A DNA stretch of 32,000 nt from Candidatus Saccharimonadota bacterium (GCA_003516025.1 CP023991.1:60001-92000), one strand, 5' to 3'. Positions 1-8,934 are shown, counted from the stretch's first letter. The notes: generated by a model from the sequence alone, not told the origin. Numbers and translations are program-made.

Positions 1-1997
1 CGGATAGTATTAAAATCGCTCGCTTTTCGTTCGACCTTAAGTTTGGCGGCTATGTCGACCCGTAGAGTGACTGGTTTTATACGGTTCGTATTAAAAAATT
101 CGTTATATTCTTTAGCAGTCTGTATTGATGGAACAACAATATTAAGTTTGTTGTCATTGACTAACCGTTCAATCTTTGCCACCTCCCGCTTGTCGCCAAA
201 ACGGTTCTTAGGTGTGTCTTCGTGGATAAACCAGTGGGCTTTATTCAGGCGGCCCGTCTCCAGCATCCAATAGAGATAATTCTTATAATTGCTGTACAAA
301 GCAAGGGTATTCATTAAGACGAAATCGTTGGGGTTGATTTGCAGGCCAGCCTGAATTATCCGGCCGCCTATCCCATCGGCCATCTTGTGAATTTTATAAC
401 CAGATGCAAGCAACGGGTTAAGTAACTTCCGTTCGATTGCCGGAGCAACAAGATGGATGTCTTTATGAGGCATTGTCTTGCCGAAATCGTTTATGACGTC
501 AATTAGCACTAGTGGCGCACCGGTATGGTCGATTGGGTGGGATAGAAAAACCGCCTTTGGCTTGGCGTTTTTCTTATCTGTGTTAAGTACGGCCTTAGCC
601 TGCGCTTTTACCATGGAGGCGGCAAAACGAGCGCTTCGCATGATACCTTTTTGTTTAGCACGAGCAGCAAGAGATTGGGCCCTGCCGGCCACTTTTCGGA
701 GTTTGTGGGAAGAGCTGCCAGTATCTGGTTTTTCAATGCCATGCTCTTCAATAAAATGCAGCCCTTGTACGTAAGGAAGGTTATTGTCTGAAACCAGCTG
801 ATCGCTCAGCACCTTAGTTACCTTAGACCATCGATAACTTTCCTTGATTTTTGCTAAGTTTTCTCGAAGCGTTGCTAATTGTTTTGGATGCTGCATAAAG
901 TTGGAGACGATCGAAACGATTTCATCGGATGACAGGCCGGTTTTTACTCCTGCTCCATTAGCTATCAACTCATCACTTAGAGGGTCTCCACCATTACTGA
1001 TCATGGGCAGATCGCCCCATATATAGTCCATGACACGGGTGCGCCACGAGTATATGTTTTCCTCGCCCTGGCTGTTGATGCTGATTACTATGTCGGCATT
1101 TTTATACCATTGCACACGGTCTTTGAAATCAATCCAATCAACCATGAACACGGTTTTGTTCAATAAAGCGTTCTTTTTAAAGGTTTGCAGCACGTGCTCG
1201 TACTGCTTAACAAAATCAGGATGATCGTTATAAGGATTCTTGCCCCCTACGAGATAAAATTTAAAGTTTGGATTTTTTGATAATTTTTCGACTGCCTCAA
1301 TCAACGGCTCAAAGTTAAACCATGGGTAGAGCCCCCCGAACCATAGCAGCACAAAATCATTTTTGGATGTTTTGTAAGGGTTTAATTGCTTGGCTGTAGC
1401 GTCGTCTGTGTCTTCTTCGACGCCGAAGGGAACGACTAAAATACGGTTTTGACGATAGGTATACGGGTTGAGTACACCCAGGCTCCCAAGTATGCCGGCG
1501 TACATATGTTTTTGGGGCTCATTGGCACACAAGAAAAAGTCACCTCGTTTGAGGACATGGTTAAAGCGGGGAACTTCATGTAGGTAACCTCTTAGCTCGC
1601 CAGCTTTATCGGCTGAGTCCCTTGCTGAAATTTCAATAAATATTGGTACATAGCAATCGAGTACCAGAGTGATGTGATGTGACAAGTTGTCGGCTACAAA
1701 CACAGATGGATCACCCATGCTGTAACTAACAATTACGGCGTCAAAACTGTTCATAAATGCCTTGAAGTCGTCGTCCAAGGCCCAGTTATGCAGGTTTATG
1801 CCTCCATGTGAAGCGATATTCTGCTTAAATTCCTGAAATACGCTGACCGTTACATTGTGCCCGTTGTCCCTTAAGCCGGTAGCCAGTCCCCAACAGCGCA
1901 TGCCGCCGCCTTCAATTTTCTGAAACTCAGGAGTTGGAACAGGACCGTAGCTTAAGATCAATACATTTTTTGCTAGGTTTGGATCGAGTGCTTGCAT
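1..1997 (-). CDS. Tandem GT-B (GT4-like) glycosyltransferase fusion, partial (C-terminus beyond left edge)
   Basis: Absent from the ORF track because no stop lies in the window. Hand translation of the minus strand from the ATG (complement of 1995-1997) stays open for 665 codons to position 3: MQALDPNLAKNVLILSYGPVPTPEFQKIEGGGMRCWGLATGLRDNGHNV... A second GT-B-like N-terminal module starts at ...KAVFLSHPIDHTGAPLVLIDVINDF... A Lys/Arg/Ala-rich linker (RKVAGRAQSLAARAKQKGIMRSARFAASMVKAQAKA) joins the two. Confidence 0.75.
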   Translation of the reverse strand, partial: MQALDPNLAKNVLILSYGPVPTPEFQKIEGGGMRCWGLATGLRDNGHNVTVSVFQEFKQNIASHGGINLHNWALDDDFKAFMNSFDAVIVSYSMGDPSVFVADNLSHHITLVLDCYVPIFIEISARDSADKAGELRGYLHEVPRFNHVLKRGDFFLCANEPQKHMYAGILGSLGVLNPYTYRQNRILVVPFGVEEDTDDATAKQLNPYKTSKNDFVLLWFGGLYPWFNFEPLIEAVEKLSKNPNFKFYLVGGKNPYNDHPDFVKQYEHVLQTFKKNALLNKTVFMVDWIDFKDRVQWYKNADIVISINSQGEENIYSWRTRVMDYIWGDLPMISNGGDPLSDELIANGAGVKTGLSSDEIVSIVSNFMQHPKQLATLRENLAKIKESYRWSKVTKVLSDQLVSDNNLPYVQGLHFIEEHGIEKPDTGSSSHKLRKVAGRAQSLAARAKQKGIMRSARFAASMVKAQAKAVLNTDKKNAKPKAVFLSHPIDHTGAPLVLIDVINDFGKTMPHKDIHLVAPAIERKLLNPLLASGYKIHKMADGIGGRIIQAGLQINPNDFVLMNTLALYSNYKNYLYWMLETGRLNKAHWFIHEDTPKNRFGDKREVAKIERLVNDNKLNIVVPSIQTAKEYNEFFNTNRIKPVTLRVDIAAKLKVERKASDFNTI

Positions 1998-2068
1998 TTT
2001 CACGTGTAGTTATATTATAGCCCATATGAGGCCACAACTAAAACTCTAAGATTCTCGGATGTGGTTGT

Positions 2069-4057
2069 TTATTTAAGGTTAAAGCCGACTCCTTCGTACA
2101 GGAACCCAACACTGACCGCAGCATCACTTTCGGCTTTAGAGGCAGTGTAGAAGTGCGTACGGTGCGCCGTATCGTTCAGGCGATAAACGGGCCTGTCGGT
2201 AGTGCCGCCGTAAAAGGCGATACCTTCATATTTGAACCCAACACTGACCGCAGCATCACTTTCGGCTTTAGAGGCAGTGTAGAAGTGCGTACGGTGCGCC
2301 GTATCGTTCAGGCGGTATATAGGCGACGTACTGTTCTTATTAGTGTAAAAGCCCACGCCTTCATAGCTAAAGCCGACATTGACGGCCGAGCCGCTCTCGC
2401 TGCCTGATGATGTGTAGAAGTGTGTACGGTTAGCGCTATCGCCCAAACGGTATATCGGACGGTCTCCTAGACTACAGAGCATGAACGAAGTGACGGATGT
2501 GTAGCCGTTCTGTTTAAGGGCAGCTATTTCGGCAGAATTACCACTCAAGAGGCTATCGTTGATATTGCCGTTCCGTAATATATTTACATAGTTATTGCCG
2601 TTGGCATTGGAGTACAAAATTGTTGGAGCAGCAGTTTCCCTGTTGAGAATATCCGGGCTGCCAAAGCCTCGTACCAGACCGGCGGTATTGTCAACAACCA
2701 GAGGAGTGTCGGTACTGCCGGCACATTGGTAGCCAAGTGTCGCCTCAATGGCGTAACCGCTATTTTGCATGGCACTTACGGTAGCCGCGCCAACCGCGTA
2801 GCCATGTTTGCCGGTAGAGTTGTTGTATAGCCTGTATACGGCTTCCTCGTCAACGTTAGACCAGAGCAAAGGTAGTGTCTTGATGTATTGGGTTGCTGAC
2901 TGCGAGTAGGCGCCATCCGGGCTATTAATGTAGAGAACTTGCAAGCTGAAATTACGCGTACTGCTTGAACCCGGTAATCCTTGAACTACGATGTTTTGAG
3001 GCTGGTTCCAGTTAGATGTATTAAATACCAACGAGCTTGTGCCAACGATTTTAGCAATCGAAGTATCGCTGAGGCCGTAGTTTAACTGGACGGTAGAAAG
3101 AGGCCGGGTCGCCAATCTAATTGGAATAATAGCTATGTCACCATTATTATCTACTGCGTCATCAGTGATATCGTAGCTGACGGCTATGGACTGGTACGGC
3201 GATCCAAAATAGTTGGAGAATAAGTTGAAAAATGACTGGTTTCCCGAGAAATGAGGAGTATACCAATATAAGGCAGCGGAAGCACCGTTGTCTATGTGTG
3301 TAGCTACTCCGTCAATTGTCGTATAACCGTCATAGTATGTAGTCGCACCGCTTGGGCAACGGGCAAATGTACCTTGGGTCATCGGACCACCGTAGCATGA
3401 CTGAGGGTCGTCTGAATTATTCCAGGCTCCTTTTATAACTGCCCAGCCAACGTTTCCCTTGGCACGTTGCTGGCCGAATTTCAGTAACCAGGCACCACGA
3501 ATCACCTGCTGGGAAAATCCTGCCTTCGAGGCGCTGTTAACACAGGTTACGCCGGTATTTGTTACCGTTACACCATTGCGTTGATAGAGGTCAAGACCGC
3601 TGTAGCTAAAGTCTTCGATATTGTCAGGACAACCGTAACCAACGGCTGCAACATATTTATTCTGATTACCGTTATTACAAAAACTGCCACTAGCGCCCGC
3701 TACAAGGCTCTGTTCTTTCTGTAGAGTCGCTAATAAAACTTGGGGATTGATGCCGTATGCTTGAGCTGAGCTATATATTACCTGGCCGGCGGAAACATGA
3801 TTGCCATATATATATCCCTGGGAAGGGTTGTAACCAATAGGTTCCAAGGCCGCGAATCCGCTGTTCGGGCTGATACAACTGTTAGGGAAGCTATTAAGGA
3901 AAGCATCGATTTGCTGGGCGGTCATTGTGCTGACATTGTCAAAAACGGCATCATCGATGATCTTGCTCCTATTAAAGGCCTCAGCTGCCAGTGCTTGCGA
4001 CGTACCAAAGCCTATGACCAGCGACACGAGCAGGCCTATGTGTAGTAAACGTTTCAT
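2069..4057 (-). CDS. Secreted repeat protein: signal peptide, Cys-containing N-terminal domain, Ig-like middle region, C-terminal YRL..HFYT..YEG repeats (DUF5648-like, from memory)
   Basis: 662-aa ORF with a signal-peptide-like start, MKRLLHIGLLVSLVIGFGTSQALAAEA. The N-terminal domain contains INPQVLLATLQKEQSLV and several Cys. The C-terminus carries three clear 40-45-aa repeats (P[IV]YRL.D...RTHFYT....ES.....VGF.YEG..F) plus more degenerate upstream copies (AVYRLYNNSTGKHGY...). Confidence 0.85.
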   Translation of the reverse strand: MKRLLHIGLLVSLVIGFGTSQALAAEAFNRSKIIDDAVFDNVSTMTAQQIDAFLNSFPNSCISPNSGFAALEPIGYNPSQGYIYGNHVSAGQVIYSSAQAYGINPQVLLATLQKEQSLVAGASGSFCNNGNQNKYVAAVGYGCPDNIEDFSYSGLDLYQRNGVTVTNTGVTCVNSASKAGFSQQVIRGAWLLKFGQQRAKGNVGWAVIKGAWNNSDDPQSCYGGPMTQGTFARCPSGATTYYDGYTTIDGVATHIDNGASAALYWYTPHFSGNQSFFNLFSNYFGSPYQSIAVSYDITDDAVDNNGDIAIIPIRLATRPLSTVQLNYGLSDTSIAKIVGTSSLVFNTSNWNQPQNIVVQGLPGSSSTRNFSLQVLYINSPDGAYSQSATQYIKTLPLLWSNVDEEAVYRLYNNSTGKHGYAVGAATVSAMQNSGYAIEATLGYQCAGSTDTPLVVDNTAGLVRGFGSPDILNRETAAPTILYSNANGNNYVNILRNGNINDSLLSGNSAEIAALKQNGYTSVTSFMLCSLGDRPIYRLGDSANRTHFYTSSGSESGSAVNVGFSYEGVGFYTNKNSTSPIYRLNDTAHRTHFYTASKAESDAAVSVGFKYEGIAFYGGTTDRPVYRLNDTAHRTHFYTASKAESDAAVSVGFLYEGVGFNLK
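2072..2458 (-). repeat. Three in-frame tandem coding repeats (about 132 nt each) at the 3' end of the secreted-protein gene; the last two share an 81-bp perfect copy (2102-2182 = 2234-2314)
   Basis: Direct base-by-base comparison: gaacccaacactgaccgcagcatcactttcggctttagaggcagtgtagaagtgcgtacggtgcgccgtatcgttcaggcg occurs at both 2102-2182 and 2234-2314, an offset of 132 nt (44 codons). The third copy (about 2324-2458) is diverged. Confidence 0.9.
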
Positions 4058-4638
4058 TGTGCTATCTCCAAATTCATTGCATCCTCACTTGATACTTTTT
4101 TATCGTTCAGCGACGCGGTTGCAGTAACTTTCCATGATCCGCTGGTCAAACCGATGTCTTGCAATTTCCAGTTCCAATATGTAGCACCGCCTCGATCGGT
4201 CGTTTGTGCTTCTAGAGATTTTGTTGCGCCGTCTTTAGTGAACGAAATAACGCAGCTGGCACCAGGACTTGTAGTGCAGACTGAAGATATAGTGTTTGGC
4301 GCGGGTGATCCGCTCAGGTTTGGATGGTGGTTACTAATAAAGTTACCTGCCGGCGTTAAAGGCGGTTCGGTAGAAGATGTTGCGGTATCGGAATTACTCT
4401 TTTCATCACCTGGTTCAGTACTGGCGCCGGTTTTGGTATCAGAAGTTTTGTCTGCAGATGAGCCATTTGAACTTGCCTCGCCTTTAGTATTTTGGCTGGC
4501 AGTAGACACTGCGCCGTCAGGCGTAGGCTTCTTATGGACGTATAAGTAGGTGCCTACTAGGGCAATCACGACGAGACATACTAATCCCAGGACCCACTTT
4601 TTGTTAAACGATTTTGGTATTTGCAATCTATTAAGCAT
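4054..4638 (-). CDS. Membrane-anchored protein: N-terminal TM helix, Ser/Thr/acidic low-complexity linker, small C-terminal beta-rich domain (function unknown)
   Basis: 194-aa ORF. TM segment WVLGLVCLVVIALVGTYLYV, then a linker rich in S/T/E/D/K, then a C-terminal ~90 aa with two Cys (SSVCTTSPGASCVISF). Its TGA stop overlaps the downstream ATG as ATGA (4054-4057), indicating translational coupling to the secreted repeat protein. Confidence 0.7.
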   Translation of the reverse strand: MLNRLQIPKSFNKKWVLGLVCLVVIALVGTYLYVHKKPTPDGAVSTASQNTKGEASSNGSSADKTSDTKTGASTEPGDEKSNSDTATSSTEPPLTPAGNFISNHHPNLSGSPAPNTISSVCTTSPGASCVISFTKDGATKSLEAQTTDRGGATYWNWKLQDIGLTSGSWKVTATASLNDKKVSSEDAMNLEIAQ

Positions 4639-4722
4639 ATGTTTTTATTATAAGTGACGCCTTGTTATATGGCAAGGTAAGGCATGCTAATTATGACTGT
4701 CTAAAAGGATAATGTATAGTTA

Positions 4723-5958
4723 ATGACTAAGGTGAATAAACTGACAAATTACATCAAGATACTAAAAGGTGTCGACAGGCGTACACAGTATCTTGGCGGT
4801 ATTTTTATCATATTAGTACTTATGGCGTGCTATCTGCGTCTTAAGCTGATGCCGGCTGAAACGTTTGACTACACTAATTTCCTGCTTCCTTGGCATAAAT
4901 ATTTAGAACAGAAGGGTTTGAGCGCCTTCCATGATAATTTTGCCAACTACAACACGCCGTATCTTTTCTTATTATGGATTATTACACTGCTTCCTCTGGG
5001 GCCGCTGGCAGGAATTAAACTGCTATCAATTGGCTTTGATTTTGTCTTGGCCGCAGCTGTGTTTGCGATCGTGGCTTACTATCGGCCTAAGAGCTATAGT
5101 CCCTACATCGCCTTTTTGGCAACCCTATTTTTGCCGACAGTGTTTCTTAATAGTAGTCTTTGGGGACAGTGCGATGCTATATATACCAGCTTCGGTCTCT
5201 GGGCATTTTACTTTTGTCTGCGTAACCGGCAATTTGCAGCCTGGTTGCTATGGGGAATAGCGTTCTCGTTTAAGTTACAGGCCATCTTTTTCCTCCCATT
5301 CCTCTTGTTCTATAGTTTGCATAAACGCTGGCGATGGTATGCTCCGCTCGTGGCGGTAGCGGCATTTGCAGTGCTCTCAGTGCTTCCTATATTGGAAGGC
5401 CGCTCGTTGTCTAGCACTCTGGGTATATACCTATTGCAGGCTAAAGATCCAGTCGGCGGCCAACCGGCGCTTGCCTGGTATTCCCCGACCTTCGGGCAAC
5501 TATTACCGGGCGGGGGATTTTTCTACCACTATTTTAAACAGGCAATGCTTGTAATGGGTGCCGTAGCAGGTTTGCTGGTAGTATCTTTAGCATTTCTTAA
5601 AGATAAGTTTAGCGACAAGCAAGTACTCAATATCTTGGCAATCAGCCTATTCGTGGTCCCATTTTTACTTCCAGGCATCCATGAAAGATATTTGTTTTCA
5701 GCCGAAATAATAGCCTTAGTAGCATCCTTTGTTCTTCCGCGTTTTGTATGGGCTGCAATTACTATGCAGATAGTCACTATAATCACTTACAATTCGTACT
5801 TTACGGGTGGTAGCCAAATTCCGCAAATATCATATTCTATCCTCGCACTAGCGGTATTAGGAATAATTTGTTTCATGACCCAACAGTTATACCTACGTTT
5901 GACGGGTGCAGGACTGTACGCTGAAGAGACCAAGGTCATAGCTAAAAAACGACAATAG
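4723..5958 (+). CDS. Polytopic GT-C-type membrane glycosyltransferase (Gpi18/PIG-V-like or DUF2029-like mannosyltransferase family, tentative)
   Basis: 411-aa ORF with at least 9 hydrophobic segments. First-loop acidic motif ETFDYTNFLLPW is followed by NYNTPYLFLLW, a pattern I recall from COG5542-type mannosyltransferases. Family assignment is from memory only. Confidence 0.65.
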   Translation: MTKVNKLTNYIKILKGVDRRTQYLGGIFIILVLMACYLRLKLMPAETFDYTNFLLPWHKYLEQKGLSAFHDNFANYNTPYLFLLWIITLLPLGPLAGIKLLSIGFDFVLAAAVFAIVAYYRPKSYSPYIAFLATLFLPTVFLNSSLWGQCDAIYTSFGLWAFYFCLRNRQFAAWLLWGIAFSFKLQAIFFLPFLLFYSLHKRWRWYAPLVAVAAFAVLSVLPILEGRSLSSTLGIYLLQAKDPVGGQPALAWYSPTFGQLLPGGGFFYHYFKQAMLVMGAVAGLLVVSLAFLKDKFSDKQVLNILAISLFVVPFLLPGIHERYLFSAEIIALVASFVLPRFVWAAITMQIVTIITYNSYFTGGSQIPQISYSILALAVLGIICFMTQQLYLRLTGAGLYAEETKVIAKKRQ

Positions 5959-5964
5959 GCTAAA

Positions 5965-7566
5965 CTACTGAGCTTTTTTAGCAGAATTAGAGTTGGCAAC
6001 TTTGTAATGCACTAAGCCATATGACGCCAGCAGTATGAACAGAGGAACATACAAATAGAGATAACGGGATCTCGCTTCAAATAGTAGCAAAAAGGCTAAG
6101 AGACCAAGTAATGACAGGCGAATCAAGGTTAATGTACGCAGTGATTGGCCGGGACGTTTTAGGCTTATAGGTGTCAGGCTGGCAAGAAGGACGGCTATCC
6201 ATGCAACTTGCAGTATATTGCGGCTCACGCTAAAGGCCGCTCCAGTGGGGTGCATGATAGTCTGTACTGTGCGGTTAAAGCTACTCCGGTGCAGCAAAGG
6301 CGCCTGAGCGCCGGTGCCTTCATGATAAGCATAAAAAGTGCCGTCACCGAGTATCCAGGCTCCTTTTTTGCTCAGGAATATTGGATAACCATCAACGCCG
6401 TAGTTGCTCAAGCGGGAATTTATAGTGTCGACCGTATAGTCTTCGTAAACAGGTATTGATTTGAATTGATTGAGCGCAAGGGCATCCGGTAAGTTCCACG
6501 CGCCGTACCGGCATTCATTTTGGCTGCAGTCCTCAGATAGGCCCATCATGGCAAAGTGACTAGCCGGCATGGTATTAAGCGTCAGGTCCATCGATTTAGC
6601 TAATACTTTTTGTCCTCCTATGGTCACGGCTATGGTAACCAACAGGATGATTGGCAGGACCAGGAGCATAGGTCTGAATACAGCAAAGTTTTTGTGTATT
6701 CGATGGAAATGTAAAAATGGTACCGCAACCAATACCAGGAAGGCGACCAACACAAAAATAGTGGTCGGTTTTACCAGGTAACCTATACCGCCGCAGAGGC
6801 CGAGTAAGACTGACCATAAGATTCGACCCATCAATTTCCGACTGTCCATCAAACGCAATATAAGATACAGCGATGCGATTGGGAATAGCAGGCCGATGGT
6901 ATCACTGTAAAATGTCTGCGACCAAAGGGAAAAAGTTATGAAAAATAACCCGAAAAATATCGCTAACAAAGCCGCTCGATTGCCACCAATACGTCGAGCG
7001 CATAAATAAAGCAACAAAAAAGCAGCATTCATCGCTAGTACATTGCCAACAATAATAAAGTCTATGAAGTCAGATACATGCACCAGGCTGGCGATCTCAT
7101 GAAGTATATTCAGGAGGCCTACGATGCCAAGTGTATTACTGAATAACTCCAGATAACCGGTCGTATCCGGGTATGGCTTAACCGATTCAGTAAAGTTCGC
7201 TGAAGACTGGTACATAGTCTGCGGATCCCAACCTGATGTTAACGGATTAATTGACAGGGAATACGCTATACAAAGGTGCACTAACAAGACACTTACAAAG
7301 AATACGCTAACAAAAATCTTATGTTCTAACAGGTTGGCCAGTTTACCTAAAAGACTTGAACGTACCAAATACCGAAGTGCGACCATCAGGGCAACTGCAA
7401 TAATGGCATCAAGGAAAATGATTCCCTGAAACTGTCGGTAACGCGTCGCAAATATTGCGAATAGGGCTAAATAACCGAAAACGGTTATATAAATATAATC
7501 AAAAGGATGTAATTCTTTTGACCTTAAGCCTCTCAAAATTTTGCTAAGTAGTACGTTTTTCTTCAT
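5965..7566 (-). CDS. Polytopic GT-C-type membrane glycosyltransferase (ArnT/PMT/GtrC-like role), third gene of the gtr-like cassette
   Basis: Track ORF is 5965-7683. I place the start at the ATG at 7566 (MKKNVLLSKILRG...) because the upstream 39 codons lie inside the GtrA-like gene. The protein has many TM segments plus a ~110-aa soluble loop (...MPASHFAMMGLSEDCSQNECRYGAWNLPDALAL...). It lies directly after the gtrB-like and gtrA-like genes. Confidence 0.65.
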   Translation of the reverse strand: MKKNVLLSKILRGLRSKELHPFDYIYITVFGYLALFAIFATRYRQFQGIIFLDAIIAVALMVALRYLVRSSLLGKLANLLEHKIFVSVFFVSVLLVHLCIAYSLSINPLTSGWDPQTMYQSSANFTESVKPYPDTTGYLELFSNTLGIVGLLNILHEIASLVHVSDFIDFIIVGNVLAMNAAFLLLYLCARRIGGNRAALLAIFFGLFFITFSLWSQTFYSDTIGLLFPIASLYLILRLMDSRKLMGRILWSVLLGLCGGIGYLVKPTTIFVLVAFLVLVAVPFLHFHRIHKNFAVFRPMLLVLPIILLVTIAVTIGGQKVLAKSMDLTLNTMPASHFAMMGLSEDCSQNECRYGAWNLPDALALNQFKSIPVYEDYTVDTINSRLSNYGVDGYPIFLSKKGAWILGDGTFYAYHEGTGAQAPLLHRSSFNRTVQTIMHPTGAAFSVSRNILQVAWIAVLLASLTPISLKRPGQSLRTLTLIRLSLLGLLAFLLLFEARSRYLYLYVPLFILLASYGLVHYKVANSNSAKKAQ

Positions 7567-7993
7567 GTATTTTTGGTTTACTGAATACGTACTTACTATA
7601 CCAAAAGTAATTCCAACAAAGCGATACACCGATTGACAAAAGTTTGCCCAAAAGGGCAATAGCAGTATCATGTCCATCAACATGTAATAAGTCTGTTACG
7701 ACTGACTTGAAGCCGTAAATGACGATAGGCTGCAATAACCAAAGTCCACTTATGGTGACTAAGAGGAATAACGCAATTTGTCGTTTTTGGTTGGTCATAC
7801 TGGCATTAAACGTGAAACGCCTGTTGAGGACAAAGCTTACTCCCATACCGACAGAAGTCGATACGATATTTGCTATGAACGGATTGAGGCCGGACAAGAT
7901 AAGTAACGAGTATATACCAAAATCAATCCCCGTATTGACCATGCCCACCAGGGCGAATCTTAACTGGGTTAAGTTAGGCTTTAACCCGGCCAT
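7544..7993 (-). CDS. GtrA-like family small membrane protein (paralog 1)
   Basis: 149 aa with 4 TM segments. N-terminal FALVGMVNTGIDFGIYSLL and LNRRFTF motifs are typical of the GtrA family. Its start overlaps the upstream GT2 stop by 1 nt (TAATG at 7991-7995). Confidence 0.8.
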   Translation of the reverse strand: MAGLKPNLTQLRFALVGMVNTGIDFGIYSLLILSGLNPFIANIVSTSVGMGVSFVLNRRFTFNASMTNQKRQIALFLLVTISGLWLLQPIVIYGFKSVVTDLLHVDGHDTAIALLGKLLSIGVSLCWNYFWYSKYVFSKPKIHEEKRTT

Positions 7994-8934
7994 TATTTAT
8001 TGCTTGAAGAATAAATAGTGTCTACGATATATAGTGGTCTACGCTGTGATTCGACATATATTCTACCGATATAACTACCCAAGACACCCAGCATAATCAT
8101 TTGCATGCCGCCAGTAAACAATATTGAGATTACTATAAATGTCCAACCTTCGACACTCGCTTCAGGGTAAAAGATTTTCACCGCTAGGGCGTACAAAATG
8201 CCCGAGAAACTAATACCGGCGACGGTAAAGCCTACGCGGGTGATTAACTTCAGCGGCGCCCATGAAAAGCTTAAGATTCCATCAGTGGCAAACTTGATCA
8301 TCTTTTTCAAAGGATAGCCTGTTTCGCCTGCATGGCGTTCATCGCGGTCAAAGCTAACCGCAATTTGCTTAAATCCAACGTAGCTGACCATGCCGCGGAG
8401 AAAACGATTGTGTTCTTCGAACTGTTTTAAGACCTCAACGACCTTGCGGTCAATAAGGCGGAAATCACCGGTGTTGCGCGGTATTTTTATGTCGGCTAAC
8501 CTGTCAAGTACATAGTAGAACATAAAGGCAGTAAATCGCTTGAAAGGAGAGTCTTTCCTGGTTTTTCGCTGAGCGTATACTACTTCGTAACCCGATTCCC
8601 ACTGCGTTATAAGTTCGAAGCTTACTTTAGGAGGATCCTGCATGTCGCTGTCCATAATTATGACTGCGTCGCCCTTTGCAGTGTCAATCCCGGCCGTAAC
8701 GGCAATCTGGTGGCCAAAGTTACGGGAAAAATTGATGACGGTGATTCGTGAGTCCTTTTCCTGAATGTCAATAAGCATCTCTAGCGATTTATCTTTGCTG
8801 CCATCATTTACGAATATGAGTTCATAGTCGTAAGATGAGTGCTTTTCTAATAGATCAACCATAGTTTTGTACAGTAAATCAATATTTCCTTCTTCGTTAT
8901 ATATGGGAAATACGTAAGAGATAAGTTTTTTCAT
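7993..8934 (-). CDS. GT2 polyprenol-phosphate glycosyltransferase (GtrB/CsbB/DPM1-like)
   Basis: 313 aa. N-terminal GT-A region: VFPIYNEEGNI...ELIFVNDGSKDKS...FSRNFGHQIAVTAGID...VIIMDSDMQDPP (DxD). Two C-terminal TM helices, as in GtrB-type enzymes. Confidence 0.9.
   Translation of the reverse strand: MKKLISYVFPIYNEEGNIDLLYKTMVDLLEKHSSYDYELIFVNDGSKDKSLEMLIDIQEKDSRITVINFSRNFGHQIAVTAGIDTAKGDAVIIMDSDMQDPPKVSFELITQWESGYEVVYAQRKTRKDSPFKRFTAFMFYYVLDRLADIKIPRNTGDFRLIDRKVVEVLKQFEEHNRFLRGMVSYVGFKQIAVSFDRDERHAGETGYPLKKMIKFATDGILSFSWAPLKLITRVGFTVAGISFSGILYALAVKIFYPEASVEGWTFIVISILFTGGMQMIMLGVLGSYIGRIYVESQRRPLYIVDTIYSSSNK

Noticed and set aside
43-1224. Four plus-strand ORFs in the supplied track (43-273, 478-774, 844-1026, 1030-1224).
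   Set aside because: All lie antisense to a 665-codon uninterrupted minus-strand reading frame with clear glycosyltransferase motifs. They have no motifs, and some use non-ATG starts.
2030-2068. Possible terminator hairpin after the secreted-protein gene (ccaca...tgtgg).
   Set aside because: Only 5 bp pair on the transcribed (minus) strand, the loop is long, and there is no U-tract.
2102-2314. The near-identical repeats could be a diversity-generating-retroelement template/variable repeat pair.
   Set aside because: The copies are in-frame tandem units of one protein and are perfectly identical over 81 bp, with no adenine-specific differences. No reverse transcriptase gene is present in the window.
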